The notes beneath the pieces were generated by a model. The model did not search any database and was not told the DNA's origin. It saw only the letters and a program-made list of their open reading frames with translations. This document shows positions 1-8,785 of a stretch of 45,193 nt of DNA, piece after piece (the stretch's first letter is position 1; each line of letters opens with the position of its first letter). The DNA comes from Alphaproteobacteria bacterium UBA1002 (lineage in GTDB: Bacteria; Pseudomonadota; Alphaproteobacteria; Rickettsiales; UBA998), in the NCBI GenBank assembly GCA_002291845.1, contig DBAU01000101.1, positions 1 to 45,193 on the forward strand, in the 5' to 3' direction. The translations under genes were made by a program, and so were the position numbers.

Positions 1-1
1 C

Positions 2-15
2 TTGATGGTTATCAA
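2..15. promoter_or_regulatory. FNR/FixK-type binding site
   Basis: TTGAT-ggtt-ATCAA, a perfect consensus; centred about 62 nt upstream of the CBS gene ATG at 71. Confidence 0.85.
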
Positions 16-70
16 GGCATCCAGACTCCTTGAATGGCACACTCTGCCCACCTTATCAGGGAGATTTTCC

Positions 71-496
71 ATGCAACAGACGCGCGTTTATCAGCTGATG
101 ACCCCCTTTCCGGTGTTTGTTAGCCCTTTCAGCAGCTTGCAGGAGGCCGCCCGGCTGATGCGCAACCGCAATTGCGGCATTCTTCCCGTCGGCACGCCAG
201 AAGAGGTCCTCGGCGTCCTCACCGACCGCGACATCGTGGTGCGTGCACTGGCGGAAAGCCTTGATCCCGCGAGCGAGCGGGCTGGCGATCACATGACCGA
301 TGCCGCTTATACCTGCCACCGCGACGATACGCTGGAGCAAGCGGCCAATTTGATGAACCGTCACCAGGTTAGCCGCGTGCTGGTGAAGGATGACGATCAG
401 CGCATTGTTGGCATTCTCTCGTTTGGCTGTATCCTGCGCAAAGACCGGAACATGCGTGAAGTTGCAGATGTTGTCGCCCTTGCCGTGGCCCAGTGA
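71..496 (+). CDS. CBS-domain pair protein (hypoxic-response type)
   Basis: LMTP..V..L.EAARLM....GILPV...GVLTDRDIVVR and second repeat RVLV....IVGILS; AGGGAG RBS before ATG 71. Confidence 0.85.
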   Translation: MQQTRVYQLMTPFPVFVSPFSSLQEAARLMRNRNCGILPVGTPEEVLGVLTDRDIVVRALAESLDPASERAGDHMTDAAYTCHRDDTLEQAANLMNRHQVSRVLVKDDDQRIVGILSFGCILRKDRNMREVADVVALAVAQ

Positions 497-574
497 GCGC
501 AAAAAATAATGCTTTGGCTTCCCCTGCGCAGAAATCACGCGTAGCATTATGACCATCCAAGCTGAGAGGCCCTG

Positions 575-1969
575 ATGACGCATTATCTTGAAAATCGCAC
601 CTTTGCCGAGATCGCGATCGGGGACAGTGCGCGACTCACGCGCACGCTCGACAGGCAGACGATTCAGATGTTTGCCCGTATTACCGGGGATATGAACCCG
701 GCACATCTGGATGAGGCCTATGCGAAAACAGCATTTTTTCATGGGATTGTCGGGCACGGCATGTGGACAGGCTCACTCTTTTCAGCGCTGCTGGGTACGC
801 AACTGCCTGGCCCCGGCACCATTTACCTGCACCAAACCCTCCGCTTTTTACACCCTGTCTGCCTCGATGAAACCGTGACCGCCTCCGTCACTGTCCTCAG
901 CAAGGACGACGCCAAACACCATGTAACCTTTCGGACGTTATGCGAAAACGCGCGCGGCGAGACCGTGATTGATGGCGAAGCGGTCGTGCTCGCGCCCGCG
1001 GAGAAAATCCGCCGCGAACTCGTAAACCTGCCGGAGCTGGCGCTGATCGCTGCGCCACAGCGCTGCCGCCATCTGCTACAGGAGCGGCGGCAGGGATTGC
1101 CCGCCCTGAAAACCGCCGTGGTGCATCCGGTCGATTTGCCCTCCCTGGAAGGCGCCCTAGCCGCGGCAGAGGCCGGGATTATCGAACCGCTATTGGTCGG
1201 GCCGGAGCATAAAATCCGTCAGATCGCAGAAGAACATCAGCTTGATCTTCAGGGCCATACGCTGATTCCCACGGAGCACAGCCATGCCGCAGCGGCTCGG
1301 GCGATTCAGTTGGTGCATGAGGGGCGCGCCGAAGCCCTGATGAAGGGTAAGCTGGCCACCGAGGAACTGATGGAAGCCGTGGTCGCGCGTGAGGGAGGGC
1401 TGCGTACCGGGCGGCGCATGAGCCATGTATTTCTGGTGGATGTCCCGAGCTATCCCAAGCCCCTGCTGCTCACCGATGCGGCACTGAACATTCAACCGCA
1501 CTTGATGGATAAACGCGACATTGTGCAAAACGCGATTGATCTCTACCGCACGTTGCTGCCCGGCACGCCGCGCGTGGCCATTCTCTCCGCGGTGGAAACC
1601 GTGAACGAAAATATCCCCTCCACCCTGGATGCCACCGCACTGTGCAAAATGGCCGAGCGGGGACAGATCACGGGCGGCATCGTTGATGGGCCGCTGGCCT
1701 TTGACAATGCGGTGTCGCCCGAAGCGGTGCGGCTGAAAGGCATCCATTCCGCCGTGGCAGGACAAGCTGATATTCTGATCGTACCGGACATCGAGTCGGG
1801 CAACATGCTGTACAAGCAGCTGCGCTATTTTTCTGGCGCGCAAGGGGCCGGGCTGGTGCTTGGCGCACGCGTGCCGATCATCCTCACCAGCCGTGCCGCC
1901 GAAGCCAGCGATCGCATCGACTCTGCGGCGCTGGCACTGATTTATGCCCGCGCCCCGCATACGATATGA
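575..1969 (+). CDS. Bifunctional MaoC-type (R)-enoyl-CoA hydratase / phosphate acetyl(butyryl)transferase
   Basis: N-terminal FARITGDMNPAHLD..HGMW..LPGPGTIY (MaoC); C-terminal LMKG, TDAALN, DGPLAFDNA, PDIESGNMLYK, VPIILTSRA (PTA/PTB). Confidence 0.92.
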   Translation: MTHYLENRTFAEIAIGDSARLTRTLDRQTIQMFARITGDMNPAHLDEAYAKTAFFHGIVGHGMWTGSLFSALLGTQLPGPGTIYLHQTLRFLHPVCLDETVTASVTVLSKDDAKHHVTFRTLCENARGETVIDGEAVVLAPAEKIRRELVNLPELALIAAPQRCRHLLQERRQGLPALKTAVVHPVDLPSLEGALAAAEAGIIEPLLVGPEHKIRQIAEEHQLDLQGHTLIPTEHSHAAAARAIQLVHEGRAEALMKGKLATEELMEAVVAREGGLRTGRRMSHVFLVDVPSYPKPLLLTDAALNIQPHLMDKRDIVQNAIDLYRTLLPGTPRVAILSAVETVNENIPSTLDATALCKMAERGQITGGIVDGPLAFDNAVSPEAVRLKGIHSAVAGQADILIVPDIESGNMLYKQLRYFSGAQGAGLVLGARVPIILTSRAAEASDRIDSAALALIYARAPHTI

Positions 1970-3051
1970 CCCCGGCAATCCTGACGCTGAATGCAGGCTC
2001 CACCAATACCAAGCTCGCGCTGTTTGATGCGGCCGACGGCACGCCGCTGATGCGTCATCGTGTTGCCAGTACACAGGAGGCGCTAGCATGGATTGAAGCG
2101 CTTGATACACCGCTGCATGCGGTCGGCCATCGCGTGGTGCATGGCGGAGAGGATTTCTGTGATCCGGTGCGCGTGGACGAACACGTTCTGCACGCGCTGG
2201 AAGCGCTGATTCCCCTCGCCCCACTACATCAGCCCTATCCGCTGGAAGCAATGCGCCGTCTGCGCCAGCGTTTCCCAGAGCTACCGCAGATCGCCTGTTT
2301 CGATACGGCCTTTCACCATCACCAGCCACCCCTGGCACGGCGTCTGCCTCTGCCTGCCGCCTGGGCAGAGCGTGGCCTGAAGCGCTACGGATTCCACGGC
2401 CTATCCTATCAGTCGATGGCGGACCTGTTGCCGCAGCATCTGGGCGCGCTGGCCCATGGACGCGTGATAGTGGCGCATCTCGGCGGTGGAGCCAGCCTAT
2501 GCGCAATGCAGCAGCGGCGCAGCCTCGCCAGCACCATGGGCTTTAGCACACTGGACGGTTTAATGATGGGCACACGCTGTGGGGCGCTGGATCCCGGGGT
2601 GGTGCTGCACCTCCTGCGGCAGGAAGGCCTGACGTTGGAGGAGGTAGAAACGCTACTCTATCACGAGGCCGGACTAAAAGGTGTCTCAGGGATAAGTCCT
2701 GAGATGCATATACTGGAAGCGCAATACGACCAGAACGCCGCCGCCCGCGAAGCCATCGACCTGTTTTGCGCCAGCGCCGCACGCCAGCTGAGTGGATTAC
2801 TCCCGGCGCTTGGCGGGCTGGACGCGCTGGTGTTCACGGGCGGCATCGGCGAACACTCCGCCCTTACTCGGCAATTAATCTGTCAAAATCTGGCATGGCT
2901 GGGCGTACAGCTCGATGAAGCCGCTAACCGAAGCCATGCCCCCTGCATCAGCCATGTCGAGAGCCGTGTGGCGGTATGGACGCTCCCGACGGATGAAGAA
3001 TCTGTCATTGCACAGGCGTGCCGCCATCACGTTCCCCCCTCGGCTCTTTAG
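1966..3051 (+). CDS. ackA: Acetate/propionate kinase
   Basis: LNAGSTNTK, VGHRVVHGG, APLHQP, FDTAFH, RYGFHGLSY, HLGGGAS, TMGF, FTGGIGEH, PTDEE; ATGA overlap with upstream gene. Confidence 0.93.
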   Translation: MTPAILTLNAGSTNTKLALFDAADGTPLMRHRVASTQEALAWIEALDTPLHAVGHRVVHGGEDFCDPVRVDEHVLHALEALIPLAPLHQPYPLEAMRRLRQRFPELPQIACFDTAFHHHQPPLARRLPLPAAWAERGLKRYGFHGLSYQSMADLLPQHLGALAHGRVIVAHLGGGASLCAMQQRRSLASTMGFSTLDGLMMGTRCGALDPGVVLHLLRQEGLTLEEVETLLYHEAGLKGVSGISPEMHILEAQYDQNAAAREAIDLFCASAARQLSGLLPALGGLDALVFTGGIGEHSALTRQLICQNLAWLGVQLDEAANRSHAPCISHVESRVAVWTLPTDEESVIAQACRHHVPPSAL

Positions 3052-3266
3052 GCCGTTCCCGTCATGCATCGTGGGCCGTGTAGAACGAGTCCACAGCAAG
3101 GACAAAAAACGTCGCATAATCATCACGCTCAAGGACTCTACAGCCCATGCACATTTACATATTTATGCGGCAATCTTTTTTGCTCTGCATCCACCCATTA
3201 TGGTAAGTCGGGTGTTAGGATGGTTAATCAGATGATGATTTCAAACGGCAGGAAGTGGATCCATCG

Positions 3267-4796
3267 ATGAACCAGACAAGCCCCTGGCATATCCTGATGG
3301 ATGACCCCGGCAACGCCGAGGCGCTCTCTGAAATCGCGTTTCGTCTGCTCAACGATCAGCGTTATCGTGAGTCTGCCGCGTATTTCGAGTGTGCAGCCGC
3401 ACTGCATAGCCATCCCATGCTGGAATTGGGACGCGGAAAAGCCTGGCTGGAGGTTGGAGACCACGCGCGTGCCCGCGCTATTTTTCAGAGCGTCCTGTCT
3501 GAGCACCCACACGCCCACGAGGCTCTGGCTGGCATGGGAAACAGCCATTACCGTTGCCAGGAATGGGAAGAGGCGTTGCAGTATTATCAGATCCTCGAGC
3601 CGTTATTAGCCGAGCATGCCGAGCTGCGCCGTACAATGGCACGCTGCCATAACCGATGCATACGGCTTGCCGAAGCCATCCGATACTTCGAAGCATCGCT
3701 GGCATTGGATCCCAATAATATGGGCTGTGCGATTGAGCTGGGCTGGGCTTATTATGAGAGCGGTGCGCCTGAGCAAGGGGAACGTGTCTTCAAAGACGCG
3801 CTTGCCCGTTTTGGCCCGCTGGCCGATCTTGAGTATTCCTACAGCCTGCTTCTGCTGCAAACAGGGGAGTGGAAAAAAGCATTTCCGCTCTATGAGCGGC
3901 GTTGGGAGACCAGTGATCCGGGAAGTCAGTATCGTAAAACAACAACGCCTCTGACTCGTCCTCACTGGGATGGCAAAAGCTCCCTGCACGGTAAAACCGT
4001 GATGGCGATGGTAGAGCAAGGCGCGGGAGATCTTTTACAATTTGCACGATACTGCAAACATTTACGTGACGCAGGGGCAACCGTGGATCTATTGGCACCT
4101 GATTTTCTTAGCCCCGTGATGGCCACCATGCCGTGGATACGTCAGGTGCACACACGCTACGAGGAGATTCCCCCGTATGACTATTACGTCTCGCTTATGA
4201 GCTGTCCGTATTTCTTTGACACTGTTCCAGAAACAGTGCCTGATTTGACGCCCTATTTGTTTGCTCCTACATCCCGGCCCCGATTTAGTGAAAAACCAAC
4301 CATTGGACTGGTTTGGGGTGGCTCACTAACGTTCCTGCATGATCACCATCGTTCAGGAACGCTTGACATGTATGCACCGTTAATTGAGGCCCACCCAGAT
4401 TATTCGTTTGTATCATTGCAAGTCGGTGCGCGTGCGGATGAGGCCACGCCATGGATCGAGCAAGGGAAGCTACTGGATGGAGTCCGCGACATAAGAGATT
4501 ATGGTGACACCGCGGCCGCACTGAATGCGGTCGACTTGCTGGTGAGCACCTGCACTTCTATTGTGCATCTTGCAGGCGCGATGCAGCGGCCTTTCTGTTT
4601 GCTGCTCAGTGAACGTGCTGATTGGCGATGGGGCGATTATGGGGATCGCACGTTGTGGTATCCTACCGCGCGGCTTTACCGTCAGAAAATCCTCGGCGAC
4701 TGGACGGACGTGATTGAATCACTGATCGTGGATTTACCCATGCGGCTTGAGGAAGCATGGCAGACACCAGTCACTATCAGCGCACAAGCGCGTTGA
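3267..4796 (+). CDS. TPR-repeat protein with C-terminal GT-B (GT9-like) glycosyltransferase domain
   Basis: Several TPR-like helices, then W.G..L.GK, EQGAGDLLQFARY, IGLVWGG, FVSLQ, DTAAAL..VDL..S.CTSIVHLAGA, DWRW, WYPTARLYRQ; alternative GTG start at 3255. Confidence 0.82.
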   Translation: MNQTSPWHILMDDPGNAEALSEIAFRLLNDQRYRESAAYFECAAALHSHPMLELGRGKAWLEVGDHARARAIFQSVLSEHPHAHEALAGMGNSHYRCQEWEEALQYYQILEPLLAEHAELRRTMARCHNRCIRLAEAIRYFEASLALDPNNMGCAIELGWAYYESGAPEQGERVFKDALARFGPLADLEYSYSLLLLQTGEWKKAFPLYERRWETSDPGSQYRKTTTPLTRPHWDGKSSLHGKTVMAMVEQGAGDLLQFARYCKHLRDAGATVDLLAPDFLSPVMATMPWIRQVHTRYEEIPPYDYYVSLMSCPYFFDTVPETVPDLTPYLFAPTSRPRFSEKPTIGLVWGGSLTFLHDHHRSGTLDMYAPLIEAHPDYSFVSLQVGARADEATPWIEQGKLLDGVRDIRDYGDTAAALNAVDLLVSTCTSIVHLAGAMQRPFCLLLSERADWRWGDYGDRTLWYPTARLYRQKILGDWTDVIESLIVDLPMRLEEAWQTPVTISAQAR

Positions 4797-5286
4797 AATC
4801 TATCGCACCCACGATCTTATCTTGCATGGTCAGATCGGGAGAAATAATGATTGTCTCGGGATAACTAACTGAATGAAAAGTTTCCTGAGAAATCACCTTA
4901 CCTTGATCCCATACCACTTCAACATGCGGTACCTCCTGTAGGATGATACCGCTTTTTTTCTCCATCTGATGCAAGAATGGTTGAATCGCCTCACGCTTCT
5001 CATCGGCGGAAACCAAAAGCACTGTCCATTCAGGATGCGCTTTCGCCCATTGCAGCAGGCGGGGAAACTCCGCCACGCAAGGCGTGCACCACGTCGCCCA
5101 GAAATGCAGCATGACGGGGCGGCCACCATAGCTATGCAGCATACGGGTCTCCCCCTCCAGAAGCAGCAGGGGGACATTCGGAACACGGTCTTCATTATGC
5201 ACTGGCGCATCGGGCAGCTGAAGAAATATCCCCCCCCCCCCCGCCAGCACGAGGCCGGCCAGCAGAAACCATCCGCTCAGGCGCAT
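4777..5286 (-). CDS. Membrane-anchored TlpA/ResA-like thiol:disulfide oxidoreductase
   Basis: N-terminal hydrophobic anchor, HFWATWCTPCVAEFP, YPETIII; ATG 5286 overlaps the end of ccsA. Confidence 0.87.
   Translation of the reverse strand: MRLSGWFLLAGLVLAGGGGIFLQLPDAPVHNEDRVPNVPLLLLEGETRMLHSYGGRPVMLHFWATWCTPCVAEFPRLLQWAKAHPEWTVLLVSADEKREAIQPFLHQMEKKSGIILQEVPHVEVVWDQGKVISQETFHSVSYPETIIISPDLTMQDKIVGAIDFNALVR
5230..5242 (-). repeat. G13 homopolymer inside the tlpA-like gene
   Basis: 13 consecutive C on the + strand, encoding A-G-G-G-G in frame. Confidence 0.9.
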
Positions 5287-7109
5287 AGCACGACCTTCCG
5301 ACGTGCGCGCTGGCATAGCACACCAATCACCGCGGCTTCCATTATACAAAATGTGGAAAGACCAACAGCGGTTGCTTCGGTAAATCCATAAGAATGCAGA
5401 CCAATACCCAACATATTCACACCAAACCATGCCAGCGCCACCACCACAGAAAGCGCAGCCACCGAGGCAACATAGCCCACCAATCCCAGCTGACCCGCCT
5501 GACGTGCATGCAGCAGCCAGACGATCCAAAGCACAATCAATAAGGCTCCGTTTTCCTTCGGGTCCCACCCCCAGAAGCGGCCCCAAGATTGATCTGCCCA
5601 CACGCCCCCCAGCAACGTACCAGTGGCGGTAAGACCAAGGGCGGCCAGAACATAGAGCGTCAAGCCGTGCGAGCGCTGCTCGCTCTGCCCATCACGTCCC
5701 AGACGCCATAGCTCTGCGTGAGCCATACCCGACGCCAAAAGACATGCGCCATAACCAGATGTGATACACAGCACATGCACGGTCAGCCAGAAATCCGTAT
5801 TGAGCACGGCGGTCAGCATCCCCATGGTCTCATCGCCCGCGAAGAAAGGCGACAGGCCTACCAGCAGCGTCATGATGGCTGTGCCCGCTGCCATGCGAAC
5901 GCGATGCGCCGCAGGGAGCACACTAGACGCGAGCACGACCCACGCGACGAAAATCAGCGACTCATAGAGCGTGCCGACTGGCGGACGCCCCAAAATGGCG
6001 ATCCGTGCCAGCAAGGTCAAACCCAGTAGCGCCAGTGGCACCATGAGGAACCTACGCACATGTGCAAGGCGCAGGCGCGGCAGGCGCCCGACCAGCCCAA
6101 GCCCGATCACGCCTGCAATACCCAGACCGAAGACGATACTCAGCGGCGAGAGGCAGACGTAGAAATATTCCAGCCATAGGCGCAATGAGGCAACCGGGGT
6201 GGTTTTCTGTGTGGCTTGCTGGGCAAGGAACATAGAAGCCTTGGCCCAGGCCACGGCATCGCCCTCGCGGTAAGCAAGGATGGCTTGCTGCCAGCTTTTC
6301 AGGTATGCCGCGCTTTGCGGCGAGCCATACCCCGAGCGAAGAAGCGCCCATGGCGCAAACCATTCTTCTCCGGCAGCAGCCCACCCACCCGGCATCACGC
6401 GCAGGCTACGGCTTTGCTGGGCCTGCTGCTCCAACCGCTCGGTGAGGAATGCCAACGCGACCACATCACGCTCTGGGGGTGTCAGTGCCTCCAAGACACC
6501 TTTGCTTTTTTTGGCCAGCACCTGTGCATCCGCCAGCAAGGTTTCACGGTGGCGCTGCAGATCCAGATAGGTCAGCGGCGTGGGCAGATCATAGGCGGCG
6601 GGGCGCGGCGCATTCAGCGGCAGCAACACCGAGAAGCTCTGCTGTAAATCAGTAAACAGCATAAAGCGCTGGTAAAGATCCATCAGCGCCTGCTGCTCCG
6701 CACTGCGCTCTTTTGCCGGAGTCATTACGATGGGCATAATGAGCGGTCGCTTCTCCCCAATTGGGGCAAAGAGTTCCGCTGCACTATAGCGATGCTTGAG
6801 ACGCTTTGGCAGCGCCAGAGAAGCCCGCAACGCTTCCTGTTCCACAAGAAATAAAGGCCGTTCCGATGCAATCTCTGGTGTAAACAGTAGCTCTACCAGC
6901 CATGGCAATGCATCGATTTCATCTAGCTTTTCAGAGCCACTGAGGTGGCGTAAAGTCACACGTGCGAACTGTTCCAGTGGCTTCAGCCGCCCATCTTGCT
7001 GGATAGGGATAATGCCCAGATGCCCTACTGGCAATGGGGCATCCGCCACTGCCGGTGCAACAAACAACATCACGATAACAATAACGTGCCACCATATTGC
7101 CCGAATCAT
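5277..7109 (-). CDS. ccsA: System II cytochrome c synthase CcsA/ResC with large periplasmic N-terminal domain
   Basis: WWD motif WADQSWGRFWGWDPKE, PPVGTLYESLIF, VLNTDFWLTVHV, C-terminal GLHSYG, N-terminal QQDGRLKP; ATGA overlap with resB at 7106-7109. Confidence 0.9.
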   Translation of the reverse strand: MIRAIWWHVIVIVMLFVAPAVADAPLPVGHLGIIPIQQDGRLKPLEQFARVTLRHLSGSEKLDEIDALPWLVELLFTPEIASERPLFLVEQEALRASLALPKRLKHRYSAAELFAPIGEKRPLIMPIVMTPAKERSAEQQALMDLYQRFMLFTDLQQSFSVLLPLNAPRPAAYDLPTPLTYLDLQRHRETLLADAQVLAKKSKGVLEALTPPERDVVALAFLTERLEQQAQQSRSLRVMPGGWAAAGEEWFAPWALLRSGYGSPQSAAYLKSWQQAILAYREGDAVAWAKASMFLAQQATQKTTPVASLRLWLEYFYVCLSPLSIVFGLGIAGVIGLGLVGRLPRLRLAHVRRFLMVPLALLGLTLLARIAILGRPPVGTLYESLIFVAWVVLASSVLPAAHRVRMAAGTAIMTLLVGLSPFFAGDETMGMLTAVLNTDFWLTVHVLCITSGYGACLLASGMAHAELWRLGRDGQSEQRSHGLTLYVLAALGLTATGTLLGGVWADQSWGRFWGWDPKENGALLIVLWIVWLLHARQAGQLGLVGYVASVAALSVVVALAWFGVNMLGIGLHSYGFTEATAVGLSTFCIMEAAVIGVLCQRARRKVVLCA

Positions 7110-7921
7110 GACATGCGCCTCCGTGCTTGCCAATGCCAGAGCAAGCCCAGCCCTAGCAATGCTGTCGCCGCATACGGATAAAACCATGCACCGGTTTTTT
7201 TCACCGCCAGAATGGTTGCCTCCCCTTGCTCGCTGGTGAGGTAGGAGGATTGGTAAAACGTGTATCCCCGGTAGCGTAGCGGCATGTTCAGCTCGACTGT
7301 CTCCGGAAGATGTAGCCCCCCTTCCTCAATCACCAGCTCAGAGCGATAATCGCGTGCTTCATCCGTGCCTGGATGGGCGGCTTTCACCACATCCTTCAGG
7401 CGCAAGACAAACGGCAGCGCGCGCACCGGGGAAGAAAAGCTTTTTTTAAAATCATCGCCGCGCTCTTCATCATATTCATAAATCGCGGAGGAGGCCTGGC
7501 CCTCGGGGATCAGCATATAGCCCTCCTCGCGCCCCATTCCAGCCATCACCCCGCCAAGGATCAGCAGCAGCGCCCCCAGATGCGCCAGCCATAACCCCGC
7601 CTTGGCACGCGTCAACGGCATCCGCAGCATACGCACCAGCAGATTTACCGCCATGACCGCCAGGATGGCGCGCATGGCGGGCAAGGGCAGCGGCCCCAGC
7701 CAGAACAGCCAGCGCTCAAAGTATGTTTCCTGCGCGGCAAGCAGGCCCACCCACCGCTGGGCAATCGTTCCGCCGGCAACCAGCAGCATGGCGTAGAGCG
7801 TCAGCGCGCTGAACAATCGCAGGGAGCCAAGCGCGTGCCACACGCGAAGGGCCGGGTCGGTTTTCAGGCGAACAGGGGAAGGCTCTGCCAGCTCCGGGGG
7901 GGTCATGGCGTGATCTGTCAT
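7106..7921 (-). CDS. ccsB: System II cytochrome c biogenesis protein ResB/CcsB (short form)
   Basis: LGSLRL..L...ML..GGT, LAHLG.LL..GG, EEG.M.I.EG, LPF.LRL, DYRSEL, LNMPLRYRGYTFYQSSY; start 7921 or 7906. Confidence 0.85.
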   Translation of the reverse strand: MTDHAMTPPELAEPSPVRLKTDPALRVWHALGSLRLFSALTLYAMLLVAGGTIAQRWVGLLAAQETYFERWLFWLGPLPLPAMRAILAVMAVNLLVRMLRMPLTRAKAGLWLAHLGALLLILGGVMAGMGREEGYMLIPEGQASSAIYEYDEERGDDFKKSFSSPVRALPFVLRLKDVVKAAHPGTDEARDYRSELVIEEGGLHLPETVELNMPLRYRGYTFYQSSYLTSEQGEATILAVKKTGAWFYPYAATALLGLGLLWHWQARRRMS

Positions 7922-7958
7922 GTGAAGGGCACTATCGCAAACAAGCATTTGCCTTGGC

Positions 7959-7972
7959 TTGACGCATGTCAA
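7959..7972. promoter_or_regulatory. FNR/FixK-type site between divergent ccs and cco operons
   Basis: TTGAC-gcat-GTCAA palindrome in a 101-bp divergent spacer. Confidence 0.8.
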
Positions 7973-8022
7973 TTCATGCATCGCACAAGTGAGATACATA
8001 GGTCCTACGCTCGAGAAAGTCC

Positions 8023-8772
8023 ATGGAAACACTGCTTTCGCACTGCCAATCGACCCTTTCGCCCCACCAGCCATTGTTTGCCGGGCTGTTTCTCGCCGGA
8101 TTGCTCAGCGGGTTAACGCATTGCATGGGGATGTGCGGGCCGTTTGTGCTGGCGCAGACACTGCAACCCGCCGGGCGGGGCTACGGAAAAGCGCTCAGCC
8201 TGCGCCGCCTCACCGGTATGGCGCTGGTACCCTATCATCTTGGCCGCATGACCACCTATGCGGCGCTCGGCGCCTCGGCGGGCCTGCTCTCCCGTCAGAT
8301 TATCGGCACGCCCTGGCAGGAGGTACTGATGGCAGGCTTGCTCTCGCTGGCCGGAGTGATGTTCTTGTGGCAATTCACAAAAGGTATTCTACCCAAAAAA
8401 ATGCTCATCGCCCGGCGCTTTACGCCTACCTACGGACATCATGCCGGGCAATCTTTATCCCGCCTGGCCCGGCCCTTCTTCGCCGCGCCGGAGGGATTTC
8501 GCGGCTATGTGCTGGGCGTGATGCTCGGCTTTTTGCCCTGCGGCATGGTGTATGCGGCGCTGATGACGGTGGCGACCACCGCCTCGCCACTGAGCGGTGC
8601 ATTCGGCATGGCGCTGTTTGCGCTCGGCACCCTGCCCGCCTTAGGCCTGGTCAGCAGTGGAGCCCAGGCCTTGCAACGCTGGCGCCCCGCCCTGATTCCC
8701 CCGCTGCGCCGTGGCCTGATGGGTCTCAGCGGGCTGATGCTCATCATCCTTGCCGGACATTCGCTTATCTAA
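8023..8772 (+). CDS. DsbD_2 / sulfite exporter TauE-SafE-like membrane protein associated with cbb3 oxidase clusters
   Basis: [37 protein letters not shown]. Confidence 0.85.
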   Translation: METLLSHCQSTLSPHQPLFAGLFLAGLLSGLTHCMGMCGPFVLAQTLQPAGRGYGKALSLRRLTGMALVPYHLGRMTTYAALGASAGLLSRQIIGTPWQEVLMAGLLSLAGVMFLWQFTKGILPKKMLIARRFTPTYGHHAGQSLSRLARPFFAAPEGFRGYVLGVMLGFLPCGMVYAALMTVATTASPLSGAFGMALFALGTLPALGLVSSGAQALQRWRPALIPPLRRGLMGLSGLMLIILAGHSLI

Positions 8773-8785
8773 GGAGAACCCCGAC

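Noticed and set aside
1190-2506. 438-aa ORF on the - strand
   Set aside because: Antisense shadow of the MaoC-Pta and ackA genes; no motifs
3064-3270. 68-aa ORF between ackA and the TPR gene
   Set aside because: No RBS or recognisable features; region looks like an AT-rich promoter spacer
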